A stretch of 64,000 nucleotides of DNA from positions 309,135 to 373,134 of the forward strand of contig CAWDDH010000003.1 of the NCBI GenBank assembly GCA_963801105.1. Direction: 5' to 3'. How positions within the stretch are numbered: the first letter of the stretch is position 1; each line of letters begins with the position of its first letter. A model generated the notes under the pieces. The model had not been told where the DNA came from. It made no database searches and worked only from the letters and a program-made list of their open reading frames with translations. This document shows positions 45,462-55,331 of the stretch, piece by piece. Both the position numbers and the translations under genes were made by a program. The stretch is from an uncultured Acidimicrobiia bacterium. Lineage in GTDB: Bacteria > Actinomycetota > Acidimicrobiia > IMCC26256 > JAENVU01.

Positions 45462-48112
45462 TCCGCGACAGTCACGCGCTCGGCGAGCGCCTCGTCGAGT
45501 TCACGGCCGCCACGCTCACCACCCTCGTCACCAGCCACTTCCCCGAGTGGCGGATCCCGGGCACGTTCGGCGGCCACCGCGTGGACGCCGACGTCCGGGC
45601 CGATCTCCTCTTCACCCTCACCCACCTCGCCGCCGGCGGCGTCACCGAGATCGCCGGGACCCGGGTCGACGACGCGATCGCGTACCAGCTCGCCCGGGTG
45701 GACGGCCGCTCGACACACACGTTCTTCTCCTACCGGGTCGCCGAGACGCTGCTGCGTGCCGGGCCGTTCGCCGGCAACCCACTCCTGCGCGACTGCGACG
45801 ACGATCAGCGGGCCCAGGTGGTGCGGGCCGTCGACAGCCGCGACTGGATCGAGCTGCTCGACGCCGACGTGCTGCCCCGCAACTACGCGGCGGTGCTCTC
45901 CCGCTGCGAGCAGGCCCGCCACGAGCTGGGCCTCGTGGAGGACACCACCGTGCTCGACGGGCTGGTCGAGCGCCTGCGCGCGCTGCTCACCGAGAACCCG
46001 GAGGGCTACCTCGACGACTCCAACGACCGGTCGGGCCGCTACGACATCTACACGGCCGACCTCTGGCTCTTCTGCGAGCCGCTCGCACCACGCATCGGTC
46101 CCGGCTGGCAGCACGGCGTACGCAACGCGCTCGCGCTCGTCGACACCGTGGCCGGCCCCGACGGCGCCGCGATCCCGTGGGGGCGCTCGACCGGGGTGCT
46201 CTCAACCGCGCTCACCGTGGAGCTGGCCGCGCTCGCGCTCCGCCCCGACCTGCGCGACGACCGCGCCTCGGCGTGGGTCCGGCGCGGTGTGGAAGCACTC
46301 CGCTCGGTGGAGCCTCGCTTCGCGCCCGACGGCGTGTGCGACGCGCACCAGGGCCGCGACCAGGACGACTACCGCGGTCCCGCCCGCCGGCTCCAGCTCA
46401 CGCTGGACGTGCTCGGCAAGCTCGCCTGGGCCGGCACCGCATTGCGCACCGCGGCGCCCACCCCGGTCGCGTCGCCCGCCGACGCCCACCGCCCGACCGA
46501 GGAGCTCGTCCGCTTCGAGGCCGACCGCAACGCCGCGGTGTGGGTGGCCGCGAACCCGGGCCGGCGCGTGGTCCTGCCGTTCGTGGGCGCGACCCGGAGC
46601 CACTACCTCCCGGTCCCCCACGCGCCCGGCATCTTCGAGGCACCGGTCGACAACGACCAGGTCGTGTGGGCACCGCTCGTGATCAGCAGGGGTCGCCGCG
46701 CCACCACCGGCGAGCTGCCCACCCATCTGGGGTCCGCGCCGGGTTCGGTGACGGCGACGTGGGACTCGCTCGCCGTCGGCGGTCGCGGGCTCGACGGCGA
46801 TGCCTGGCCGCCGGTCGGCGGGAGCTGCACCACCTCCTACCGCCTGGACCGGCGCACCCTTGTCGTCGAGCACGACCTCTCGGTGGCCGATCCGGTCGAG
46901 GCGATCGGCGTGCAGATCCCCGAGACCGCACGGGCACCCCTGGCCGTCACCTTCACCGCCGACGCGCCCCACGCGACCACCACGATCGACGTGCGGGGGA
47001 TCCGGGAGTGGTCATCGCCGTACTCCGGCCTCGTCACGGTCCACCAGGTCGACGTGGACCCGGCGCCGCACGTCCGCATCCAGGCGCGCGTGACGCCGCT
47101 CCTCCGGGTGGCATCGACCGCGTTCGGTCACTGGTACGACCGCCTCCTCTACACCCCGATCGCCGACCGCGTGCGCGAGCTGCCGTGCCCCATCGGCATC
47201 CAGGCCGACGCCGGAACGCCGATCGAGGACGTCGACCTGCTGCACCTGCACTGGCCCGAGTGGTTCGGCTTCGACGACCTCGGTGTGCACGAGCAGCTGA
47301 TCGCGACCCTCGCCGACCGCGGCATCCCCGTGGTCTGGACCGCGCACAACCTCACGCCCCACGAGAAGCGGCCCGACGTGTACGACCCGATCTACCAGCG
47401 GTGGGCCGAGACCGCCGGCGCGGTGATCCACCACTCCATCTGGGGCCGTGACCGCATGCTCGCCCGCTACCGGTTCCGCCCGGACTGCCGCCACGAGGTC
47501 ATCGAACACGGTCACTTCGGCGACCTCTGGCAGCATGCCACCACGCTCACCCGGGTCGAGGCCGAGCAACGGCTCGGGCTGGCGCCCGCGCCGATCCGCA
47601 TCGGCCTGGTGGGCGCGCCCCGCGCCGACAAGCGCGTGCGCGAGTTCCTCGACGGTGTGGTCGCCAGCACACGCGACGACATCCAGGTCGTCTGCTGGTC
47701 GCTCGGCTTCGGAGAGACCGCGCCCGACGACCCCCGCATCGCAGTCGCGGAGCAGTACCACGGCGCCGACGAGCCCACCTACGCCACCCGACTCGCCGCG
47801 TGCGACGCGATCGCGCTGCCGTTCGACCCCGAGGGCGAGATGCTCGCGACCGGCACCATCGCCGACGCGATCGGGCTCGGAATCCCCGCGCTCGTCTCCG
47901 ACTGGCCGTACCTCACCGAGATGCTCGGCACCGCGGGCATCCCGGCCGGACACACCTCAGCACAGATCGCGACCGCCCTCGACCGCCTCGACCGGCCGAC
48001 GCTCGACGCGGCCGCGACCGCGATGGCCGGTCTGCGGGACCGGTTCTCGTGGGCACCGCTCGCCCGGCGGACCGCCGACCTGTTCGAGCGTGTGGTCCTC
48101 CGCGAGCCCTGA
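45458..48112 (+). CDS. 884-aa two-part protein: N-terminal ~560-aa domain of unknown function fused to a C-terminal glycosyltransferase-like domain
   Basis: GTG start in a GTGA overlap with the upstream stop. The C-terminal third (LLHLHWPEWFGFDD..., VVWTAHNLTPHEKR..., IGLVGAPRADKR...ALPFDPEGEMLATGTIADAIGLGIPALVSDW) looks like a GT-B/GT4-type transferase. The N-terminal part was not recognised. Confidence 0.6.
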   Translation: MIRDSHALGERLVEFTAATLTTLVTSHFPEWRIPGTFGGHRVDADVRADLLFTLTHLAAGGVTEIAGTRVDDAIAYQLARVDGRSTHTFFSYRVAETLLRAGPFAGNPLLRDCDDDQRAQVVRAVDSRDWIELLDADVLPRNYAAVLSRCEQARHELGLVEDTTVLDGLVERLRALLTENPEGYLDDSNDRSGRYDIYTADLWLFCEPLAPRIGPGWQHGVRNALALVDTVAGPDGAAIPWGRSTGVLSTALTVELAALALRPDLRDDRASAWVRRGVEALRSVEPRFAPDGVCDAHQGRDQDDYRGPARRLQLTLDVLGKLAWAGTALRTAAPTPVASPADAHRPTEELVRFEADRNAAVWVAANPGRRVVLPFVGATRSHYLPVPHAPGIFEAPVDNDQVVWAPLVISRGRRATTGELPTHLGSAPGSVTATWDSLAVGGRGLDGDAWPPVGGSCTTSYRLDRRTLVVEHDLSVADPVEAIGVQIPETARAPLAVTFTADAPHATTTIDVRGIREWSSPYSGLVTVHQVDVDPAPHVRIQARVTPLLRVASTAFGHWYDRLLYTPIADRVRELPCPIGIQADAGTPIEDVDLLHLHWPEWFGFDDLGVHEQLIATLADRGIPVVWTAHNLTPHEKRPDVYDPIYQRWAETAGAVIHHSIWGRDRMLARYRFRPDCRHEVIEHGHFGDLWQHATTLTRVEAEQRLGLAPAPIRIGLVGAPRADKRVREFLDGVVASTRDDIQVVCWSLGFGETAPDDPRIAVAEQYHGADEPTYATRLAACDAIALPFDPEGEMLATGTIADAIGLGIPALVSDWPYLTEMLGTAGIPAGHTSAQIATALDRLDRPTLDAAATAMAGLRDRFSWAPLARRTADLFERVVLREP

Positions 48113-48898
48113 TCAGGCGTCGAGACCGTCCAGCCAGGTCCGCAGGACCGCCGCGTCCGCGCGCAATGCATCGGGATCGTCCTCGACGACGAACTCCACG
48201 AAGGCGATCCGGTCTCCCGACCAGTCGCCGTCGGCGGTGGCCGCGGCGAGCACGGGCCGCCACCGGTCTGCGCCCTCGGCGAGCGGCCGGCGCTGCTCGG
48301 GGCCGGCCCACTCGTAGACGTGCAGGTGTGACAGGCGCCCGCGCAGCTCGAGAACCTCGGCGGCGTCGGCCGCGGGCGGCCGCGGCTCCCGCCAGTACGG
48401 CGGCTGCCAGTAGGTGAAGACGTTCGGTGCGGCGACCGCGTCGAGCAGTGCGCGCGCACCGGCGACCGTCGCGGTCGCGGTCCCGCCGTGGTACTCGAGC
48501 GAGACCGTCACCTCCCGGTCCGCCGCCTGTGCCGCGAAGCTCCGCACCTCGTCGGCGAGCGCCGAGAGATCCGGCCCGCCCGGCTCGGCACCGAACCGCG
48601 CCCAGACGCGCACGTTCGGCGCGCCGAGCGCCACCGCGGTGTCGAGCAGCTCCTCCTGCTCCGACGCGGACGGGTTCCCGAGTGCGAACGCGTAGGTGCC
48701 GTAGGAGGCCATCCGCACGTCGGCCGCGTGCGTGGCGGCGACGGCCCGGACGATCGCGGCCGAGTCCCCCGGTGGGACGTGGATGTCCGCACCCCATTCG
48801 AGATCGGTGAGCCCGCACTCGGCGGCGAGTCGAGCCACGGCGTCCACGGGCTCGGCCCGCAGCGTCACCGAGCACAGGCCGGGCCGGATCCGGGTCAC
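48113..48898 (-). CDS. sugar phosphate isomerase/epimerase (xylose isomerase-like TIM barrel)
   Basis: 261 aa. GLCSVTLR..., LEWGADIHV, VSLEYHGGT and AFVEF are typical of AP_endonuc_2/TIM proteins. Its stop abuts the convergent stop of the previous gene (TGATCA). Confidence 0.75.
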   Translation of the reverse strand: MTRIRPGLCSVTLRAEPVDAVARLAAECGLTDLEWGADIHVPPGDSAAIVRAVAATHAADVRMASYGTYAFALGNPSASEQEELLDTAVALGAPNVRVWARFGAEPGGPDLSALADEVRSFAAQAADREVTVSLEYHGGTATATVAGARALLDAVAAPNVFTYWQPPYWREPRPPAADAAEVLELRGRLSHLHVYEWAGPEQRRPLAEGADRWRPVLAAATADGDWSGDRIAFVEFVVEDDPDALRADAAVLRTWLDGLDA

Positions 48899-49905
48899 GC
48901 GATCCGCTCGATGTCGGCGGCGCGCACGGGATGGAGCGGCGGCTCCCCGGCCACGAATCGCTCGACCTCGGTCACCGCCAGCTCGGCGAGCCGCTCGAGC
49001 TCGTTGCCCATCGCGCCCGCCACGTGCGGGGTCACGAACACGTTGGGCAGCGCCAGCAGCACGTGGTCGGCCGGCAGCGGCTCGGGATCGGTGACGTCGA
49101 GGACGGCCGCGATCCGGCCGGCCGCCAGCTCGGCGATCAGCGCGTCCTGGTCCACGATCGCGGGACGGGCCGTGTTCACCACGGTCGCGCCGTCAGGAAG
49201 CGCCGCGAGCTCGGCGGCACCGATCATTCCCCGCGTGGGCGGGATGTCAGGTGCATGGATCGACAGGACCTGGACCGACGCGCACAGCGCGTCGAGGTCG
49301 TCGACCTTCTCCACCCCCATCGCGTCGGCCTCGGTCGTGGTCAGGTACGGGTCGTAGACCGCGAGCTCGAGATCGGTCGCGCCCAGCGCGTCGATGACGA
49401 GCCGGCCCACCATCGACGCGCCCACGATCCCGACGCGCGCGCCGTGGTTGCCGACGCGGGTGAGGTCGAGTGGCAGCTTCACCGTGGGATCCCGTTGGAG
49501 CTCGCGGACGAGGAACACACCCTTGTTGGCGAGCAAGATCGCGGCGACCGCGTACTCCGCGACGGGGACCGCGTTGGCTGGCGCCGCGGACGTCACGAGG
49601 ATGCCCCGCGCGAACACGTCGTCGGTGACCTGCCACTTCACCGTGCCCGCGCCGTAGGCGAACAGCGCCAGACGGGGCGCCCGGTCGAGCAGGTCGCCGG
49701 TGAGGGTGGGACACCCCCAGTGGCCGACGAGGATGTCGGTCTCGGCGAGCAGGGCATCGGCGCGGGGATCGTCCCAACCGGTGAGCGGATCAGGATCGAG
49801 GATCCGCCCCACGGCGTCGAGTCGGGCGAGCTGAGCGGGCGTGAAGAGGTGGCCGACCATGCCGTCGAGCATCGCCAGCAGGATCCCGGGTCGGTCGCCG
49901 CTCAT
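48895..49905 (-). CDS. D-2-hydroxyacid dehydrogenase family, NAD-binding
   Basis: Start at 49905 (or 49914). It has RVGIVGASMVGRLV (GxGxxG), VNTARPAIVD and TPHVAGA. Confidence 0.85.
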   Translation of the reverse strand: MSGDRPGILLAMLDGMVGHLFTPAQLARLDAVGRILDPDPLTGWDDPRADALLAETDILVGHWGCPTLTGDLLDRAPRLALFAYGAGTVKWQVTDDVFARGILVTSAAPANAVPVAEYAVAAILLANKGVFLVRELQRDPTVKLPLDLTRVGNHGARVGIVGASMVGRLVIDALGATDLELAVYDPYLTTTEADAMGVEKVDDLDALCASVQVLSIHAPDIPPTRGMIGAAELAALPDGATVVNTARPAIVDQDALIAELAAGRIAAVLDVTDPEPLPADHVLLALPNVFVTPHVAGAMGNELERLAELAVTEVERFVAGEPPLHPVRAADIERIA

Positions 49906-49990
49906 GCGACGCATGCTCGCATGTCTACCCTTCACGTTGCGTGGTCGGTGCCCACACTGCGAGACTCCGACTCTTCGGAGGGGGCGTGGC

Positions 49991-52219
49991 ATGCGGAAAC
50001 CTTTGGTCGTCGCGGTGTTGGTGGCGATGGTCGCGACAAGCTGTCGTGTGCTCCTGGTCCCCGACCCGCCCGGTCCGCCGAGCACCGACGGGTTCGTCCC
50101 GGCCTCGTGGTGGAAGGCCCGGCAGGATTCCTATCTCGACTACGCGTCCACGCAGTTCTCGCCGAGCTCGTTCACCAACCTGATCGCCAACGCCGAGCAC
50201 TCCCGGCGCACCGGTGCCCCGTTCGACACCGCCGGCATCACGCTCGCCGACTTCGCGAACACCTTCTCCCGGCTCGACAACTACGTCGACACCTCGGACT
50301 TCGACCTCACGTACCTGATGAACCTCTGGTACGGGTACCGGGACCTCCTCCCCGCCGACGTGCGCGCCGAGGTCGAGAGCCACTTCCGCTCGTTCAAGTA
50401 CTGGTTCACCGACCCGCAGCCGGCGGGCGTCGTCGACCAGCGGTACTACTGGTCCGAGAACCACCAGCTGCTGTACCACGCCGACGAGTACCTGGCGGGC
50501 CAGGCGTTCCCGTCCGACACGTTCTCGAGCGACGGCAACACGGGCGCGTGGCACACCGAGCGAGCCCGGAAGTTCATCGCCGACTGGCTGGACCAGAAGG
50601 TGAAGTTCGGGTTCACCGAATGGCACTCCGACGTCTACTACCAGAAGACGCTCGACGCGCTCCTGACCGTCGTCGAGTGGGTCGACGATCCCGTGCTCGC
50701 CCGCCGCGCGTCGATGGTGCTCGACCTCCTCCTGTTCGACATCGCGCTCAACATCCAGAAGGGCAACTTCGGCGCGACCCACGGCCGGTCGTACATGAAG
50801 GACAAGAGCGTCGCCACCGACCAGGACGTCTTCAACCTGTCCAAGCTCCTCTTCGACGACACGAGCCTCGGCTACACCTCGACCGGCGACGCCGGCGCGG
50901 TGCTCCTGGCGCGCGCCAAGAAGTACCGCCTGCCTGCAGTGATCCTGCGGGTCGCCCAGTCCAAGCACACCACGGTCGACCAGGAGCACATGGGCGTCGC
51001 GCTGGACGCCTCCGCGCCCGTCGACCCGGCTCAGACCGGCGTCGACGGCTATTCCTTCTCCGACCCGGCCAACGTCGCGTTCTGGTGGGAGCGCGGCGCG
51101 CAGACGGCCTGGCAGACCGTGCCGCTCACGCTCGACACACTCGACCAGTACGGGCTCTGGGATTCGGATTTCTTCAGCCCGTTCAAGCCGATCGCCGACC
51201 TCACCGGCGGCGACCGTGCCGTGGCCCAGAGCCTGTCGCAGGCGCTCGAGAACATGCTCGGGTTCGCGCTGCTCACCGCGGTCGACACCTACACGTGGCG
51301 CAGCGACTCGGTGATGCTCTCGACCGCGCAGTCGTACCGGCCCGGGAAGGCCAGCGAGCAGCATCACGTCTCGCAGGCGACGCTCGACGAGCAGGCGATC
51401 GTGTTCACGACCCACCCGAAGAACGAGCCGCAGTCGGGTACCCAGTGGCCCGACGACGACGGCTACTGGACCGGCAACGGGTCGCTCCCCCGCGCCGCGC
51501 AGCACGGGGCGCTCTCGATGAGCCTCTACGCGCCGACGTTCGCGAGCCCCGGCCCGCCATTCACCGCCTTCCGGTACCTGCCCTACACGCACGCGTACTT
51601 CCCGCAGGAGCGCTTCGACGAGGTGGTGCAGAGCAACGGATGGACCTTCGGGCGCAAGGGCGACGGCTACGTGGCGCTCTGGTCGTGGCGACCGACATCG
51701 TGGCGCACGTACACCGACCCGGGGATCTTCACCCACGGGCTCACCCAGCCGTTCGATCTCGTCGCGCCCGGCGGCGCCGACGACGTCTGGCTGACCCAGG
51801 TCGGCGATGCCAAGACCTTCGGTGACTTCGCCGCCTTCCGCGCCGCGGTCGCCGGCGGTGCGATCAGCGTGGCGCCCCGGCCCGCGACCGGCGACGTGCC
51901 CGGCGGCTTCGACGTCAGCTACCAGTCGCCGACGGAGGGACTCGTGCAGTTCGGCACGACCGGTGACCTGAAGGTCAAGGGACAGGTCGTCCCGCTCGAC
52001 TCCGGCAGGCGCTTCGACAACCCGTGGGCGTCGGCGCCGGTGGGCGCCCAGCAGATCACGATCGCTGACGCGGCCGGGGACCTGAAGCTCGACTTCGCCA
52101 CCTCGACACGCGTCGCGTCCTCGAAACGCGCGAAGCCGCACGACGACGGTCACGGTCACCACGACCACCACGACCACGGTCACCACGACCACGGTCACCA
52201 CGACCACGGAGACCACTGA
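49991..52219 (+). CDS. secreted lipoprotein, possibly polysaccharide-lyase-like (alpha/alpha toroid), with C-terminal His/Asp-rich tail
   Basis: 742 aa from MRKPLVVAVLVAMVATSC (lipobox), with GGAGGGGG 6 nt upstream. YYWSENHQLLYHADEY and WHSDVYYQKT recall heparinase II/III-type folds (weak). The tail is HDDGHGHHDHHDHGHHDHGHHDHGDH. Confidence 0.65.
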   Translation: MRKPLVVAVLVAMVATSCRVLLVPDPPGPPSTDGFVPASWWKARQDSYLDYASTQFSPSSFTNLIANAEHSRRTGAPFDTAGITLADFANTFSRLDNYVDTSDFDLTYLMNLWYGYRDLLPADVRAEVESHFRSFKYWFTDPQPAGVVDQRYYWSENHQLLYHADEYLAGQAFPSDTFSSDGNTGAWHTERARKFIADWLDQKVKFGFTEWHSDVYYQKTLDALLTVVEWVDDPVLARRASMVLDLLLFDIALNIQKGNFGATHGRSYMKDKSVATDQDVFNLSKLLFDDTSLGYTSTGDAGAVLLARAKKYRLPAVILRVAQSKHTTVDQEHMGVALDASAPVDPAQTGVDGYSFSDPANVAFWWERGAQTAWQTVPLTLDTLDQYGLWDSDFFSPFKPIADLTGGDRAVAQSLSQALENMLGFALLTAVDTYTWRSDSVMLSTAQSYRPGKASEQHHVSQATLDEQAIVFTTHPKNEPQSGTQWPDDDGYWTGNGSLPRAAQHGALSMSLYAPTFASPGPPFTAFRYLPYTHAYFPQERFDEVVQSNGWTFGRKGDGYVALWSWRPTSWRTYTDPGIFTHGLTQPFDLVAPGGADDVWLTQVGDAKTFGDFAAFRAAVAGGAISVAPRPATGDVPGGFDVSYQSPTEGLVQFGTTGDLKVKGQVVPLDSGRRFDNPWASAPVGAQQITIADAAGDLKLDFATSTRVASSKRAKPHDDGHGHHDHHDHGHHDHGHHDHGDH
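52139..52216 (+). repeat. coding microsatellite-like repeat (GGTCACCACGACCAC units) encoding the His/Asp/Gly tail
   Basis: Three near-perfect 15-nt units plus CAC/GAC-rich flanks at the 3' end of the lipoprotein gene. Confidence 0.7.
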
Positions 52220-52355
52220 CGGCCTCAACTACCCTCCGGGCATGATCGCGGGAGCGGGAGCATGAGCGGAGCGGGACACCACTGCGGTCGCACCCGGTCG
52301 GACAGCGGAGCGTGGCCCGAGCGGCCCACGCCGAAGGCGTAGGAGCGGGAAACCG

Positions 52356-53891
52356 GTGACGCACGCGCTCGGCATCGACGTGGGCACGACCAACGCCAAG
52401 GTCGCGCTCGTCGACGAGCAGGGGACGCTCGTCGCCTCCGCCGCCCGTCCGATCGCAACGGTGCGCAACGGCGAGATCGCCGAGCAGGATCCCGAACGGC
52501 TCTGGACCGCCGTGGTCGAGGCGGTCCAGGAGGTCACCACCCGGGCACCCGTGGCGGCACGGGACGTCGGGCACATCGGGATCGACAGCCAGTACTCCTC
52601 GACCGTGCCGGTCGACGCCCTCGGCGATCCGGTCGGACCGCTCGTCATGTACCTGGACATGCGCGGCACCGACCACTGCTTCGCGATCATGGAGCGGGAT
52701 CCCGACTCCTTCATGACCTTCGTGGAGCACCACGGGATCCCGCCCATCGGCGGCGGGCTGTCCCTGGCGCACATGCTGCATCTCCAGCACGACCGACCCG
52801 ACATCCACGCCGTGACCCACGCCTACCTCGAGGTCATGGAGTACGTCGTGGCACGGCTCACGGGCGTGATCGCCGCGAACCAGTGCACGGCGTTCGCGTC
52901 CCAGCTCGTCGACAACCGCTCGCTCGGCGCGACCGACTACGACCCCGATCTCGTCGAGGCCAGCGGGATCGACCCCACCCGGCTCCCGCCGCTGCGATCC
53001 CTCACCGAGCCCATCGGGCCGCTGCGCCCGGACGTCGCCACCGAGCTCGGACTGCCCGCGTCCGCCGTCGTGCACGCCGCGATCAACGACAGCCACGCCG
53101 GCGCGATCGCGACCGGTGCGCGCGATCCGCACCGCATCGGGCTGATGATCGGCACGACGTCGGTGCTGCTCGACACCACCGACCATCACGGCACCGACCT
53201 CGACCACGAGGTGCTCTCGATGCCGAGCCCCTTCCCGGACGTCTACCTGGTGTGGGCCGAGAACGGGCTCGCCGGCAAGGTCGTCGAGCACATGCTCGAG
53301 CGGGTCGTGCATGCGTCGGACGACCTCGGCGACCACACGACGACCGATCACTTCGCGCATCTGGACCAACTGCTCGCGACGGTCGAGCCCGGGAGCGGCG
53401 GTGTCATCTTCATGCCCTGGCTCGCCGGGTCGCTCTCACCGTCGGCCGACGGCAACATGCGCGGCGGATTCCTCAACCTCTCGCTCGACACCGAGCGCCG
53501 CCACCTCGTACGCGCCCTCATCGAGGGGGTCGGCTACAACCTCGGCTGGCTGTTGCCCATCGTCGAGACGTTCTCGGGCCACGCCGGTCAGGAGATCATC
53601 TTCGGGGGAGGTGCCGCCCGATCGCCCCAGTGGGTGCAGGCCCTCGCCGACATCCTCGACCGGCCGGTCTCGCCCTTGTGCGACCCGAACCAGACCATCG
53701 CCCGGGCCGGCGCGTTGCTCGCGCTCGCCCGGGGTGGTGTGGTCACCGATGCGGATCTGGACCGGCTCGTGGCCACCACCTCCACCGTGGAGCCCCGGTC
53801 CGAGACCCGGGAGCGGTACGCGCCGCTCCAGGAGCAGTTCATCGCCGCGTTTGCGGCGCTACGACCGATCTACGCCGCCCTGCACAGCTGA
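52356..53891 (+). CDS. FGGY-family carbohydrate kinase (xylulokinase-like)
   Basis: GTG start with AGGAG upstream. It has LGIDVGTTNAKV, and later FGGGAARSPQWVQALADIL. Confidence 0.85.
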   Translation: MTHALGIDVGTTNAKVALVDEQGTLVASAARPIATVRNGEIAEQDPERLWTAVVEAVQEVTTRAPVAARDVGHIGIDSQYSSTVPVDALGDPVGPLVMYLDMRGTDHCFAIMERDPDSFMTFVEHHGIPPIGGGLSLAHMLHLQHDRPDIHAVTHAYLEVMEYVVARLTGVIAANQCTAFASQLVDNRSLGATDYDPDLVEASGIDPTRLPPLRSLTEPIGPLRPDVATELGLPASAVVHAAINDSHAGAIATGARDPHRIGLMIGTTSVLLDTTDHHGTDLDHEVLSMPSPFPDVYLVWAENGLAGKVVEHMLERVVHASDDLGDHTTTDHFAHLDQLLATVEPGSGGVIFMPWLAGSLSPSADGNMRGGFLNLSLDTERRHLVRALIEGVGYNLGWLLPIVETFSGHAGQEIIFGGGAARSPQWVQALADILDRPVSPLCDPNQTIARAGALLALARGGVVTDADLDRLVATTSTVEPRSETRERYAPLQEQFIAAFAALRPIYAALHS

Positions 53892-53924
53892 CGGCGAGCA
53901 AACCCGCTCGCAGAAACGAGAGAC

Positions 53925-55319
53925 ATGAGCGCCTACCCCTATGCCGACCGCTTCCCCGTCCTCCGCGGACTCCCGTCCGATGGCCGGGACCGCAACGCAA
54001 TCGTGACCGAGCTGGCCGCGATCGCCACCGAGGAGGACAAGACCTGGGAGACCGGGAAGTGCTCGGGAACGATGTACTGCGGCGACCACGACCACTACGC
54101 GTTCATGAACGAGGTCTACGGGATGTTCGCCCACATGAACGTCCTCCAGCGCGACATGTGCCCGAGCGCGACACGCTTCGAGGGCGAGATCATCGCCATG
54201 ACCCTCGACCTCATGCACGGCGACGCCGCGCAATCCGCCGACGACGGGCCCGTCGGGATGGTCACGACCGGTGGGACCGGCAGCATCCTGCACTCGGTGC
54301 TCGCGTACCGCGAAGCCGCGCACGCCCGCGGCATCGAACGGCCCAACATCGTCAAGCCCGAGACCGGCCACCCCGCGTTCGACAAGGCCTGCCACCTGGT
54401 CGGAGTCGAGCTCCGGCGCGCGCCCGTGGACCCGGTGACGGCGCAGGCGGATCTCGGCGCGGTGGCGAACCTCGTCGACGACTCGACCGCGGCCATGATC
54501 GGGTCCGCCTGCAACTACGGCTACGGCACCATCGACCCGATCGCCGAGATGGGCGCGCTCGCGCTCGACCGCGGCATCGGACTCCACGTCGACGGCTGCC
54601 TGGGCGGCTTCATCCTCCCCTGGGGCGAGCAGCTCGGCTACGACATCCCGCCGTTCGACTTCCGCGTCCCCGGCGTCACCAGCATCTCGGCCGACACCCA
54701 CAAGTACGCCTACGGCTTCAAGGGCACCTCGGTGCTCGTGTTCCGCGACAAGGCGCTGCGCAACGGCCAGTACTTCTACCTGACCGACTGGACGGGCGGG
54801 AAGTACTGCTCGCCCGGCATCGAGGGCTCCCGCTCGGGTGGCCTGCTCGCGGCCACGTGGGCGGGCATGGTCTCGCTCGGGCGGGCCGGCTACCTCGGGT
54901 ACGCGAAGCAGATCTTCGAGACCGCGTTCGCCATGCAGGACGCGGTGAAGGCGCACTCGGAGCTGCGCATCATCGGGTCACCCACGTTCTGCTTCAGCTT
55001 CACGTCGGACGACTTCGACATCTACCACGTGAACGACTTCATGCGGACGAGAGGCTGGCGGTTCAACGGTCAGCAGTACCCGAACTCGATCCACATGGCC
55101 GTCACACGTCCCCAGACCCAGCCCGGCGTCGCCGATGCGTTCGCCACCGACCTCGACGACGCGGTCGTCTACGCGCGCGAGCACACCGGCGAGGCCCCCA
55201 AGAGCGGCGCGATCTACGGCGGCATCCCGGGCGGCCCGACCGCCGAGGCGGCGAGCTTCATCGAGGCCGTGATGGCCGAGATGATGGACGAGCAGCAGGC
55301 CCTCCCGCCGGTCGCCTGA
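53925..55319 (+). CDS. PLP-dependent group II decarboxylase-fold enzyme (sphingosine-1-phosphate lyase-like), second copy
   Basis: 464 aa. It has TTGGTGSILHS and the PLP-lysine motif SADTHKYAYGFKG. It is colinear with 35546..36799. Confidence 0.85.
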   Translation: MSAYPYADRFPVLRGLPSDGRDRNAIVTELAAIATEEDKTWETGKCSGTMYCGDHDHYAFMNEVYGMFAHMNVLQRDMCPSATRFEGEIIAMTLDLMHGDAAQSADDGPVGMVTTGGTGSILHSVLAYREAAHARGIERPNIVKPETGHPAFDKACHLVGVELRRAPVDPVTAQADLGAVANLVDDSTAAMIGSACNYGYGTIDPIAEMGALALDRGIGLHVDGCLGGFILPWGEQLGYDIPPFDFRVPGVTSISADTHKYAYGFKGTSVLVFRDKALRNGQYFYLTDWTGGKYCSPGIEGSRSGGLLAATWAGMVSLGRAGYLGYAKQIFETAFAMQDAVKAHSELRIIGSPTFCFSFTSDDFDIYHVNDFMRTRGWRFNGQQYPNSIHMAVTRPQTQPGVADAFATDLDDAVVYAREHTGEAPKSGAIYGGIPGGPTAEAASFIEAVMAEMMDEQQALPPVA

Positions 55320-55331
55320 CGGCGCGTCCCC

